Assembly (NCBI GenBank): GCA_965228475.1
Contig: OZ245817.1
Span: 3,104,001-3,168,000, forward strand
Source of the DNA: Myxococcota bacterium
Lineage (GTDB): Bacteria > Myxococcota_A > UBA9160 > JAFDDA01
Direction: 5' to 3'
DNA length: 64,000 nucleotides
Part shown: positions 46,987 through 55,524 of the stretch, piece by piece
Layout of the letters: the number at the start of each line of letters is the position of its first letter
Position numbering within the stretch: position 1 is the stretch's first letter
Notes under the pieces: generated by a model
The model's input: only the letters and a program-made list of their open reading frames with translations
What the model was told of the DNA's origin: nothing
Database searches by the model: none
Position numbers and translations under genes: made by a program

Positions 46987-47606
46987 GCGACGTCCCCGCG
47001 GATCGCACCGTGCACGACGAGATCGTGGCGGCGTGTGCGCCCTGGTCGCGCTGCATTGCGGCCGGCGAGACGCTGCGGATCGTCGACCTCGAGGGGAACC
47101 AGGCCGTGGACTGCCTGCTCTACGACCCCCACGACCCCGACGAACGCTACAGCGCGGCCGAAACGATCGTTCGCCAGCGAAACATCTTCCTCACCACGGG
47201 CACCGAGCTGGTCTCGAACGAAGGCCGGACGATGATGACCGTGGTCGAAGACCAGGTCGGCCATCACGACACCCTCGGCGGAGCCTGCAGCTGCGAATCG
47301 AACACGCTCCGCTACGGCCACCACACGAAGCATCAACACGCCTGCGTCGAGAACTTCCTGATCGACCACGCCGCCCGGGGCCGTGGAAAACGCGACGTCG
47401 TGAGCAACATCAACTGGTTCATGAACGTCCCCGTCGAGGCCGACGGCTCCCTCGGCATCGTCGACGGCCGCTCCGCACCGGGCAAGTACCTCGAGCTGCG
47501 CGCGGAGCGCGACACCCTGGTCGTGGTGAGCAACTGCCCCCAGATCAACAACCCGTGCAACGCCTTCCATCCGACCCCCGTACGGATGATCGTGTACCGC
47601 GGATGA
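46983..47606 (+). CDS. cgdB: Carboxyguanidine deiminase subunit B (UAAP2/DUF1989)
   Basis: 'DLEGNQAVD', 'HDTLGGACSCESN', 'NINWFMNVPV' and 'SNCPQINNPCN'. Confidence 0.92.
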   Translation: MSDVPADRTVHDEIVAACAPWSRCIAAGETLRIVDLEGNQAVDCLLYDPHDPDERYSAAETIVRQRNIFLTTGTELVSNEGRTMMTVVEDQVGHHDTLGGACSCESNTLRYGHHTKHQHACVENFLIDHAARGRGKRDVVSNINWFMNVPVEADGSLGIVDGRSAPGKYLELRAERDTLVVVSNCPQINNPCNAFHPTPVRMIVYRG

Positions 47607-50600
47607 GTCACGGGCGGCCCTTCGACCGCGTCCTCGTCGCGAACCGTGGCGAGATCGCCTGCCGCGTTCTCGCGACGCTCTCTCGCATGGGGATCGCCTC
47701 GGTCGCCGTCTACTCCGAAGCGGATGCCGGGGCGCTGCACGTCCGGCGAGCGGACGAGGCGCACGCGATCGGCCCCGCTCCGGTGGCCGAGAGCTACCTC
47801 GATGGCGACCGCATCCTGGCCGCGGCCCGGGCCAGCGGAGCGCAGGCCATCCACCCGGGCTACGGCCTGCTCTCGGAGAGCGCAGACTTCGCGGCCGCCT
47901 GCGAGGCCGAGGGCCTGGTCTTCCTCGGCCCCACCCCGGAACAGATCGCCGACTTCGGGCGCAAGGACCGCGCTCGGGCGCTCGCCGAGGCCGCGGGGGT
48001 CCCGACCTGCCCGGGCACGGGGACGCTCACCTCACTCGCAGAGGCCTCCGCCGCGGCCGCTGCGATCGGCTATCCGCTGCTCCTCAAGGCAACGGCCGGC
48101 GGCGGCGGCATCGGCATGGCGCTGTGCCGGGACGAAGCCGAGCTCGCCGAGGCCTTCGAACGCGTCTCGCGCCTCGGCGCGTCGCACTTCGGAAGCAGCG
48201 AGACCTTCCTCGAACGCTTCGTCGCGCGGGCGCGACACGTCGAAGTCCAGATCTTCGGGGACGGTGCCGGTGGCGTGCACACGCTCTCGGAACGTGACTG
48301 TTCCCTGCAGCGGCGGCGCCAGAAGGTGGTCGAGGAGGCCCCGGCGCCGGGCGTTTCGGGAGCGATGCGCACCGCCCTCGCCGCGGCGGCCGAACGCCTG
48401 GCCTCCGCCGTCGGCTACCGCTCCGCCGGAACGATCGAGTTCCTGGTCGACCCCGAACGCGAGGCCTTCTACTTCCTCGAGGTCAACACCCGCCTGCAGG
48501 TCGAACACGGCGTGACCGAGGCGATCTTCGGCATCGATCTCGTCGAATGGATGCTGCGCGTCGGCGCGGGGGAGCCGCTGCCGAAGGTTCCCTCGCCCTG
48601 CGGGCACGCCGTGGAGGTGCGTCTCTACGCCGAGGATCCGGGCCGCGACTTTCAACCGTGCAGCGGGACCCTCTCGGAGGTGCGCTTTCCCGAAGACCTG
48701 CGGGTGGACACGGGGGTCGAGCCCGGCACCGAGGTCTCCCCCTTCTACGACCCGCTGCTCGCGAAGCTCGTCACCCACGCACCGACCCGTGAGTTGGCCA
48801 TCGCGCAGATGCGGGAGGGCCTCGAGGGGACGCGGCTCGACGGCATCACCACCAACCGGGCGTACCTCGCCGCGATCCTCGGCTGGAGCCCCTTCCGCAC
48901 GGGCGTCCACCACACCCGCTCCCTCGAAGAGTTCGCCTTCGAGCCGCGAGCGCTGCGGGTGGAGCGGCCGGGAGCGGCGACCACCGTCCAGGACTTCCCC
49001 GGCCGGCTCGGTTCCTGGGGCGTCGGCATCCCGCCCTCGGGCCCGATGGATTCCCTGGCCTTCCGGATCGCCAACCGGATCGTCGGCAACCCGGACGGCG
49101 CGGCCGGCCTCGAGCTGACGCTCTCTGGACCCGCCCTTCGATTCGACCATCCGGCCTGGATCGCCCTGACCGGCGCCGTGGCCGAAGCGACCTGCGGTGG
49201 CGAGCCCGTCCCGCCCTGGACGCCCGTCCGGGTCGCTGCGGGGCAGACGCTCGACGTCGGCCGCATCGGTGACGGCGGAACGGGACCGCTCGGCGGGCTC
49301 CGCGCGTACCTCGCCGTGCGTGGGGGGCTCGACGTCCCCGACTACCTCGGCGCCAAGGCCACCTTCACCCTCGGACGGCTCGGCGGCCACGCGGGCCGGG
49401 CCCTCGTCGCGGGCGACACCCTCGAGTTCGGCGCCGAAGACGGGGAGGCACCCCTCGCGCCCGCCCTCTCCGCCGAGGCCGCGCACGCCCTGGCCCGGCT
49501 CCACCCCTTGCACGGTGAGAGCGCCCGGGCAGAGGCCTGGGAGCTTCGGGTGCTCGACGGCCCCCACGGCCAGGGCTTCTTCACGGAGGACGACCTGCGG
49601 GAGTTCTACGGCGCGACCTTCGAGGTCCACCATCAGTCCGCGCGCACCGGCGTCCGACTGATCGGACCGACGCCCCACTTCGCACGGCCCGACGGCGGCG
49701 ACGCCGGGCTCCATCCTTCGAACGTCCACGACAACGCCTACGCCGTGGGCGCCGTCGACTTCACCGGGGACATGCCTGTGATCCTCGGGCCGGACGGGCC
49801 GAGCCTCGGCGGCTTCGTCTGCCCGGCGGTCGTCATCGAGGCGGACCGCTGGAAGCTTGGGCAGCTGCGCGCGGGCGATCCGGTCCGCTTCCTGCCGACG
49901 TCGGAGGCCGAAGCCTCGGAGGCCCGGGCCGGGGTCGAGCGTGCCGTCGCCTCCCGCGAGGCCGCGAAACCGCCGCACCCCGTGCGCCGCGCGCCCGCGC
50001 CCCTCGACGACGGAATCCTGCTCGACCGCGCCGGGTCGGGCGACGGCCCTCGCTTCGTCGTCCGGCGCAGCGGCGACCGCTATCTGCTGATCGAGTTCGG
50101 TCCGTTCCACTTCGACCTCGCGCTGCGCATCCGGGTCCAGCTCCTCCACGCAGCGCTCGAGCAGGCCGTCTCGGCGGGCACGCTCCCCGGCATCGTCGAC
50201 CTGACCCCGGGCGTCCGCTCGCTCCAGGTCCACTTCGATCCACGCCGCCTTTCGCGCGACGCGCTGCTCGAACGCCTCGACGAACTCGAAGGCGATCTGC
50301 CGGCCGGTGAAGGGCTCCGCCTCCCGAGCCGGGTCGTCCACCTGCCGCTCTCCTGGGAGGACCCCGGCGCCGTCGAGGCCATGCGCCGCTACGAGGCCAC
50401 GGTCCGTGACGATGCCCCCTGGACGCCGAGCAACGTCGAGTTCATCCGGCGCATCAACGGCCTCGACTCCGCCGAAGACGTCCGGCGCATCGTCTTCGAC
50501 GCGCACTACCTGGTGCTCGGGCTCGGCGACGTCTACCTCGGCGCGCCCGTCGCGACCCCGCTCGATCCGCGGCATCGCCTCGTCACCACCAAGTACAACC

Positions 50601-51289
50601 CCGCGCGCACCTGGACGCCGGAGAACGCGGTGGGGATCGGCGGCGCCTACCTGTGCATCTACGGGATGGAAGGCCCCGGCGGCTACCAGCTCGTCGGCCG
50701 CACGATCCCGGTCTGGCGGACCCACGGCGGCTGGCCGGGATCGCCCGAGGGCCCGCCCTGGCTTCTGCGCTGCTTCGACCAGCTCCGCTTCTTTCCCGTC
50801 TCGGCCGAGGAGTTGATGGATCGGCGCCGGGACGTCGCCAACGGATGCGGCGACATCGCGATCGAGGAGACGGTCTTCGAGCCGGCCGCACATGCCCGCT
50901 TCCTCGACTCGATCGCGGAGGACACCGAGCGCTTCCGGAAGCGGCAACGGCGGGCCTTCCGCGAGGAGCGGGAGCGGTGGCGGGCGAGCGGGGAGCTCGA
51001 GGCCGCCGCCCGCGCCGAGCGCCGCGCCTCCCCGGAGCCCGCGCCGATGGACGCGCTCGAGGAAGGCGTCGCCTGGGTGACGGCACCGATGGGTGCCCAG
51101 ATCGTGACGGTCCCCGTCTCGGTGGGCGAAGCCGTCGCCGCGGGCGACACGCTCGCGACGCTGTCCGCCATGAAGACCGAGTCCGCCGTCCCGGCGCCCG
51201 CCGCCGGCACCGTCGAGCGCATCGCGTGCCAACCGGGCCAGGTCGTCGCACCGGGCGCGCCCCTGGTCGCGCTGCGGGAGGCATCGTGA
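47603..51289 (+). CDS. uca: Biotin-dependent guanidine/urea carboxylase
   Basis: BC domain 'ANRGEIA...FLEVNTRLQVEH'; CT domain 'HPSNVHDNAYAVGAVDFTGD' and 'TTKYNPARTWT'; biotin site 'AMKTE'. Confidence 0.96.
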   Translation: MSHGRPFDRVLVANRGEIACRVLATLSRMGIASVAVYSEADAGALHVRRADEAHAIGPAPVAESYLDGDRILAAARASGAQAIHPGYGLLSESADFAAACEAEGLVFLGPTPEQIADFGRKDRARALAEAAGVPTCPGTGTLTSLAEASAAAAAIGYPLLLKATAGGGGIGMALCRDEAELAEAFERVSRLGASHFGSSETFLERFVARARHVEVQIFGDGAGGVHTLSERDCSLQRRRQKVVEEAPAPGVSGAMRTALAAAAERLASAVGYRSAGTIEFLVDPEREAFYFLEVNTRLQVEHGVTEAIFGIDLVEWMLRVGAGEPLPKVPSPCGHAVEVRLYAEDPGRDFQPCSGTLSEVRFPEDLRVDTGVEPGTEVSPFYDPLLAKLVTHAPTRELAIAQMREGLEGTRLDGITTNRAYLAAILGWSPFRTGVHHTRSLEEFAFEPRALRVERPGAATTVQDFPGRLGSWGVGIPPSGPMDSLAFRIANRIVGNPDGAAGLELTLSGPALRFDHPAWIALTGAVAEATCGGEPVPPWTPVRVAAGQTLDVGRIGDGGTGPLGGLRAYLAVRGGLDVPDYLGAKATFTLGRLGGHAGRALVAGDTLEFGAEDGEAPLAPALSAEAAHALARLHPLHGESARAEAWELRVLDGPHGQGFFTEDDLREFYGATFEVHHQSARTGVRLIGPTPHFARPDGGDAGLHPSNVHDNAYAVGAVDFTGDMPVILGPDGPSLGGFVCPAVVIEADRWKLGQLRAGDPVRFLPTSEAEASEARAGVERAVASREAAKPPHPVRRAPAPLDDGILLDRAGSGDGPRFVVRRSGDRYLLIEFGPFHFDLALRIRVQLLHAALEQAVSAGTLPGIVDLTPGVRSLQVHFDPRRLSRDALLERLDELEGDLPAGEGLRLPSRVVHLPLSWEDPGAVEAMRRYEATVRDDAPWTPSNVEFIRRINGLDSAEDVRRIVFDAHYLVLGLGDVYLGAPVATPLDPRHRLVTTKYNPARTWTPENAVGIGGAYLCIYGMEGPGGYQLVGRTIPVWRTHGGWPGSPEGPPWLLRCFDQLRFFPVSAEELMDRRRDVANGCGDIAIEETVFEPAAHARFLDSIAEDTERFRKRQRRAFREERERWRASGELEAAARAERRASPEPAPMDALEEGVAWVTAPMGAQIVTVPVSVGEAVAAGDTLATLSAMKTESAVPAPAAGTVERIACQPGQVVAPGAPLVALREAS

Positions 51290-53043
51290 GCCGCGCGGAG
51301 CTTGCCACCGAGCGGGTCGAGCGCTTCCTCGACGCGCGCGAACGGGAGCCGCGGCCCGAGGCCTGGCTCTACGTGCCTCCCGCCGAGACCCTGCTCGAGA
51401 GCGCGCGCGCCGCCGACGCCGAGGCGGGCGATCGCCTCCGGCGCCCCCTGCTCGGCACCGTCTTCGCGGTGAAGGACAACCTCGACGTCGCGGGCTGGCC
51501 CACGACCGCCGGCTGCCCGGCCTTCTCCTACGTCCCCGACGTGAGCGCGCGCGTCGTGAGCCGCCTCCAGGCGGCGGGCGCCCTCCCCGTCGGCAAGACC
51601 CACATGGACCAGTTCGCGACGGGCCTCGTCGGGACGCGTTCTCCCCACGGGCCGTGCCGCAACGCCCACGACCCCTCGGTGATCTCGGGCGGATCGAGCA
51701 GCGGCTCCGCCGTCGCCGTCGCTACGGGCTGCGTCGACTTCGCGCTCGGCACCGACACGGCCGGCTCCGGGCGCGTGCCCGCCGCGCTGAACGGCGTCTT
51801 CGGCCTCAAGCCCACGCGGGGCATGCTCTCGACGCGCGGCGTAGTACCCGCGTGTCCGAGCCTCGATTGCGTCTCGGTCTTCGCCCCGGACGGGGCGAAC
51901 GCCGCCGACGTCTTCGCCGCGGCCCGCGCACCGGACCCGACGGATCCCTACTCGCGCCCGGGCACCGCGCGGCGGAACTTCGGGGAGTCCTTTCGATTCG
52001 CCCTTCCGCCCGACGACGTTCTCGGGCAGGTCGACGCCGAGCACCGGGCGAGTCTCTCGCGCGCCGCCGAGCTCCTGCACGACTTCGGGGGCCGGCGCGT
52101 GGACGTCGATTGGGAGCCTTTCCGGGCGGCGTCGAGGCTCCTCTACCAGGGCCCGTGGCTCGCGGAACGGGAAGCGGCGTTCGGCCAGTTCGTTTCCGCT
52201 CACCCCGAAGCCGTGGACCCGACGGTCCGGGCGATCCTCGAAGGAGCCCGGGCGATCTCGGGCGCCGACGTCTTCCGCGGCCTCCACCGGCTGCAAGTGC
52301 TCCGGCGCGACGCGGCGCGCAGCTTCGAAGCCTTCGAGGTGCTCGTCGTTCCGCCGGTCACCCGCTCCTACCGGATCCAGGAAGTCCTAGTCGATCCGAT
52401 CGCGACGAACGCTGCCCTCGGCACCTTCAACAACTTCGTGAACCTGCTCGACCTGTGCGCCTGCGTTACACCGATCTCCGCCGCCCCGGGCGAAGTGCCG
52501 AGCGGCGTCACGCTGTGCGCGCCCGCCTTCGCCGACGACGCCCTGCTCGAGGTCGCGCGCCGGCTCGAAGCCGCCCGCGGGCCGATCCCGCTTCGTCCCG
52601 CCGCCGCCGACCGGATCGAGCTCGTCGTGGTCGGCGCCCACCTCTCGGGAATGCCTCTCCACCACGAACTCGAGGCGCTCGGCGCTCGCTTCGCCCGAGC
52701 CCTTCGGACCGAGCCCCGCTACCGGCTGCACGCCCTGCCCGGCACGGATCCCCCGAAGCCGGGCCTCGTGCAGACGGCCCGCGACGGTGTGGCGATCGAG
52801 GTCGAGGTGTACCGCCTCACGCCGGAGGCCTTCGGGCGCTTCGTCGAGGCCATCCCGGCTCCGCTCGGCATCGGGCGAATCGCCCTCGAAGACGGAACGC
52901 GGCCGGCGGGGTTCCTGTGCGAGGCCGTCGGACTCGAATCCGCACGGGACGTCTCGCAGTACGGCGGCTGGCGGGCCTTCCGCGCCGCCGAATCGGATGG
53001 AAAGGCCCCGGCTCACGGGGCGCAAAACGAGGAGATGAAGTGA
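51286..53043 (+). CDS. atzF: Allophanate hydrolase
   Basis: Amidase signature 'AVKDN', 'DQFATGLVGTRSP', 'GGSSSGS' and 'GTDTAGSGRVPA', plus the C-domain 'VVGAHLSGMPL'. Confidence 0.95.
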   Translation: MSRAELATERVERFLDAREREPRPEAWLYVPPAETLLESARAADAEAGDRLRRPLLGTVFAVKDNLDVAGWPTTAGCPAFSYVPDVSARVVSRLQAAGALPVGKTHMDQFATGLVGTRSPHGPCRNAHDPSVISGGSSSGSAVAVATGCVDFALGTDTAGSGRVPAALNGVFGLKPTRGMLSTRGVVPACPSLDCVSVFAPDGANAADVFAAARAPDPTDPYSRPGTARRNFGESFRFALPPDDVLGQVDAEHRASLSRAAELLHDFGGRRVDVDWEPFRAASRLLYQGPWLAEREAAFGQFVSAHPEAVDPTVRAILEGARAISGADVFRGLHRLQVLRRDAARSFEAFEVLVVPPVTRSYRIQEVLVDPIATNAALGTFNNFVNLLDLCACVTPISAAPGEVPSGVTLCAPAFADDALLEVARRLEAARGPIPLRPAAADRIELVVVGAHLSGMPLHHELEALGARFARALRTEPRYRLHALPGTDPPKPGLVQTARDGVAIEVEVYRLTPEAFGRFVEAIPAPLGIGRIALEDGTRPAGFLCEAVGLESARDVSQYGGWRAFRAAESDGKAPAHGAQNEEMK

Positions 53044-53483
53044 TGCGATGGACGACCCTATCAGCGCTGGTCTCGGCGCTGGCCTGCCTCGTCGCCCTGC
53101 CCGCGACGGCCGATGACCACGACCCGTGCTTCGACCACGCCCAGGCGGTCGTGGCGGCGCTCGAAGCCGGCCCGGCCGGCGATCTCTCGGATCGGGAGCG
53201 CGGCCTCGCGCTCGCCGCCGCGGTCCGCGGCTGCCAGGCGGAGCGGGCTCGCATCGTCGGTGCCGCGGCCGTCGCCCCCGCGGATGCGGAGCCGGCGAAG
53301 CCCGAGGCCCTGGCGTCCGAAACCCCGAGTGCGACTGAGCCGAACGCGGACCCGTCGAGCACCGGCTCGGCGACGCCGGGGAAGATCGGCTTCTTCGAGG
53401 GTTTGCAGCGCTGGCTCGCCGAGCCCGTCGAATGCGAACGGTTCCGGCGCGCCAACGGCCGGATGGTCTCGCGCTGCAACTGA
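53043..53483 (+). CDS. Hypothetical secreted protein (four Cys in mature part)
   Basis: TGATG coupling to atzF; signal peptide 'MRWTTLSALVSALACLVALPATA'. Confidence 0.6.
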   Translation: MRWTTLSALVSALACLVALPATADDHDPCFDHAQAVVAALEAGPAGDLSDRERGLALAAAVRGCQAERARIVGAAAVAPADAEPAKPEALASETPSATEPNADPSSTGSATPGKIGFFEGLQRWLAEPVECERFRRANGRMVSRCN

Positions 53484-53542
53484 GGGGCTGGCGTCACGAC
53501 GCACCGCAACGCAAGGGGTTCGGCGTGGGCTAGTGTCGCCGC

Positions 53543-54250
53543 ATGCAGACCCTCACGATCCCCCACCGCTTTCGCGGGCCGGCCGACTCGGGCAACGGCG
53601 GCTGGGTCGCCGGCCAGCTCGCCCGCGCCTTCGAAGGCGCGGCCACGGTCCGGCTGCACGCGCCGCCGCCGCTCGAGACAGCGCTCGCGATTCGGGAGAC
53701 GGACGACGCGGTCGAATTCCTCGACGGGGAGACGCTCCTGGCGCGAGCGCGGCCCGCCGCACTCGAACTCGAGATTCCCGAGCCGCCGGGCTTCGACGAA
53801 GCCCTCGCGTGTGAGCCCGGCTTCCAGGGCTTTGCGGTCCACCCGATCCCCGGCTGCTTCGTCTGCGGGACCGAGCGGGAGGTGAACGACGGCCTGCGCA
53901 TCTTCGCCGCGCCGTGGAAGGACGAAGCGGGCACGCCGCGCGTCGCGGCCGGCTGGCAACCGGACGCCTCGCTCGCCGACGCCTCCGGCACCGTCCGTCC
54001 GGAGATCCTCTGGGCCGCCCTCGACTGCCCGGGCGCCTTCTCCTTCACGAACCCGCCCGGGCGCCACTGCCTGCTCGGCGAACTCACGGCAAAGCTCGAG
54101 GGCGAGGTCCACGCCGGCGAGCGCTGCGTCGTGGTCGGATGGTCGCTCGGCCAGGAGGGCCGCAAGCGCTTCACGGCCACGGCCGTCTTCGGAGAGGACG
54201 GCGCCCTGCGCGGGGCCAGCCGGGCCACGTGGATCGAGCTTGCCGGCTGA
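53543..54250 (+). CDS. Hotdog-fold thioesterase-like protein
   Basis: 'RFRGPADSGNGGWVAG', 'CFVCG', 'WAALDCPG' and 'EGRK'. Confidence 0.8.
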   Translation: MQTLTIPHRFRGPADSGNGGWVAGQLARAFEGAATVRLHAPPPLETALAIRETDDAVEFLDGETLLARARPAALELEIPEPPGFDEALACEPGFQGFAVHPIPGCFVCGTEREVNDGLRIFAAPWKDEAGTPRVAAGWQPDASLADASGTVRPEILWAALDCPGAFSFTNPPGRHCLLGELTAKLEGEVHAGERCVVVGWSLGQEGRKRFTATAVFGEDGALRGASRATWIELAG

Positions 54251-54277
54251 AGGCAAGTTCAGGGTATCGTTCGTTGC

Positions 54278-54727
54278 GTGGTGAAGATCACCAACAAGCT
54301 CAGGGCTTGGGTCCGCAAGATCGCCGTCATGCCGGTAGGTCGCATCTGGTGGGCGGATGCCGCCGATGCGCGCCGGCGCGGTGATTGGGAGACTGTGGTG
54401 CGCCGAGTAGAGGCTCTGCACCGATCGCACTGGCAGAACGACAACAGTAGGTTTCTGCTCGCGGAAGCGTACGGTCGACTGGACCGGCATGGCGAAGCGA
54501 TCGCGCAGATCGAGCAGATCGGTGGCGTACTGACCTCGCCACTCCGCCAACAGGAGCGGCTGCTCCAGACCGCTCACAGCTTGAACCACCTCGATAGGAT
54601 TCCAGAGGCGCTGGAAGTCCTCCCGACCCCCGACTGCATCGAGCAGGTGTTCCCTGACTATCTCGAGGAGGCACGGGAGCTCTATCAGAACCTAGTTGAT
54701 CGCTCGGATCCCCTAACTCGTGACTAG
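54278..54727 (+). CDS. Hypothetical helical (TPR-like) protein with atypical codon usage
   Basis: 'LLAEAYGRLDRHGEAIAQIE' and 'AHSLNHLDRIPEALE' repeats; fills the intergenic gap. Confidence 0.55.
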   Translation: MVKITNKLRAWVRKIAVMPVGRIWWADAADARRRGDWETVVRRVEALHRSHWQNDNSRFLLAEAYGRLDRHGEAIAQIEQIGGVLTSPLRQQERLLQTAHSLNHLDRIPEALEVLPTPDCIEQVFPDYLEEARELYQNLVDRSDPLTRD

Positions 54728-54739
54728 GCCCCGGCCGAT

Positions 54740-55522
54740 CTAGCTCCGCAGCCCCCAGAAGATCACCAGGGCGCCGAGCGGCCACACGTACCAGGCGAAG
54801 TGGTGGAAGGCGTGGTTGCGCAGCAGCCGCACGAACAGGGCGAGCGCCGCGAGGCCCGAGACCAGGGCCAGCGCCGCGCCGACCGCGATCGCCGAGAAGC
54901 CGTCCGGAGTCACGCCCGAGAGTTCCGGGATCTGCAGCACCACGGCGCCGGTGATCGCGATGATCGACATCAGGAAGGAGAACTCCGCGGCCGCGGCCGG
55001 CGCGACACCGAAGGCGAGCGCCGCGGCCACCGTGGAGCCGCTGCGAGAGACGCCGGGGATGATCGCCACGGCCTGGGCGATGCCGATCCCCACCACCGCC
55101 CCCCAGCCGGGCTCCGGGGTCTCGGCCCGGGGCAGCGTGTAGCGGGTGCTGTAGACGGCCGCGCCGGTCAGCCAGAGCGCGAGCCCGACCGGAGCGATGC
55201 TCTCGTAGAGGCCTTCGAAGAAATCGCGGGCGACCAGGACGGCGGCCACGGCGGGGAGGGTCCCCACCGCGAGCTTCATCCCGTAGCGCCAGGCGTCGGC
55301 GTCACCGCGGAGCGCCCCGGCGAGGAGTTCGCCGACGCGCCGTCGGTAGAACACGACCACCGCGATCAAGGTCGCCGCGTGCAGGGCGACCTCGAAGACG
55401 ATGCCTTCCTGCTCGGCGCCGAGCGCCCGGCCGAACAGCACCAGGTGCCCCGAACTCGAGACGGGGAGGAATTCGGTCAGGCCCTGGACGAGGCCCAACA
55501 GTGCCGCATGCAGGAGGTCCAG
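54740..55522 (-). CDS. uppP: Undecaprenyl-diphosphate phosphatase
   Basis: 'GLVQGLTEFLPVSSSGHL', 'PGVSRSGST' and 'AAEFSFLM'. Start appears to be CTG at 55522 (TTG 55498 is the alternative). Confidence 0.93.
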   Translation of the reverse strand: MDLLHAALLGLVQGLTEFLPVSSSGHLVLFGRALGAEQEGIVFEVALHAATLIAVVVFYRRRVGELLAGALRGDADAWRYGMKLAVGTLPAVAAVLVARDFFEGLYESIAPVGLALWLTGAAVYSTRYTLPRAETPEPGWGAVVGIGIAQAVAIIPGVSRSGSTVAAALAFGVAPAAAAEFSFLMSIIAITGAVVLQIPELSGVTPDGFSAIAVGAALALVSGLAALALFVRLLRNHAFHHFAWYVWPLGALVIFWGLRS

Positions 55523-55524
55523 CG

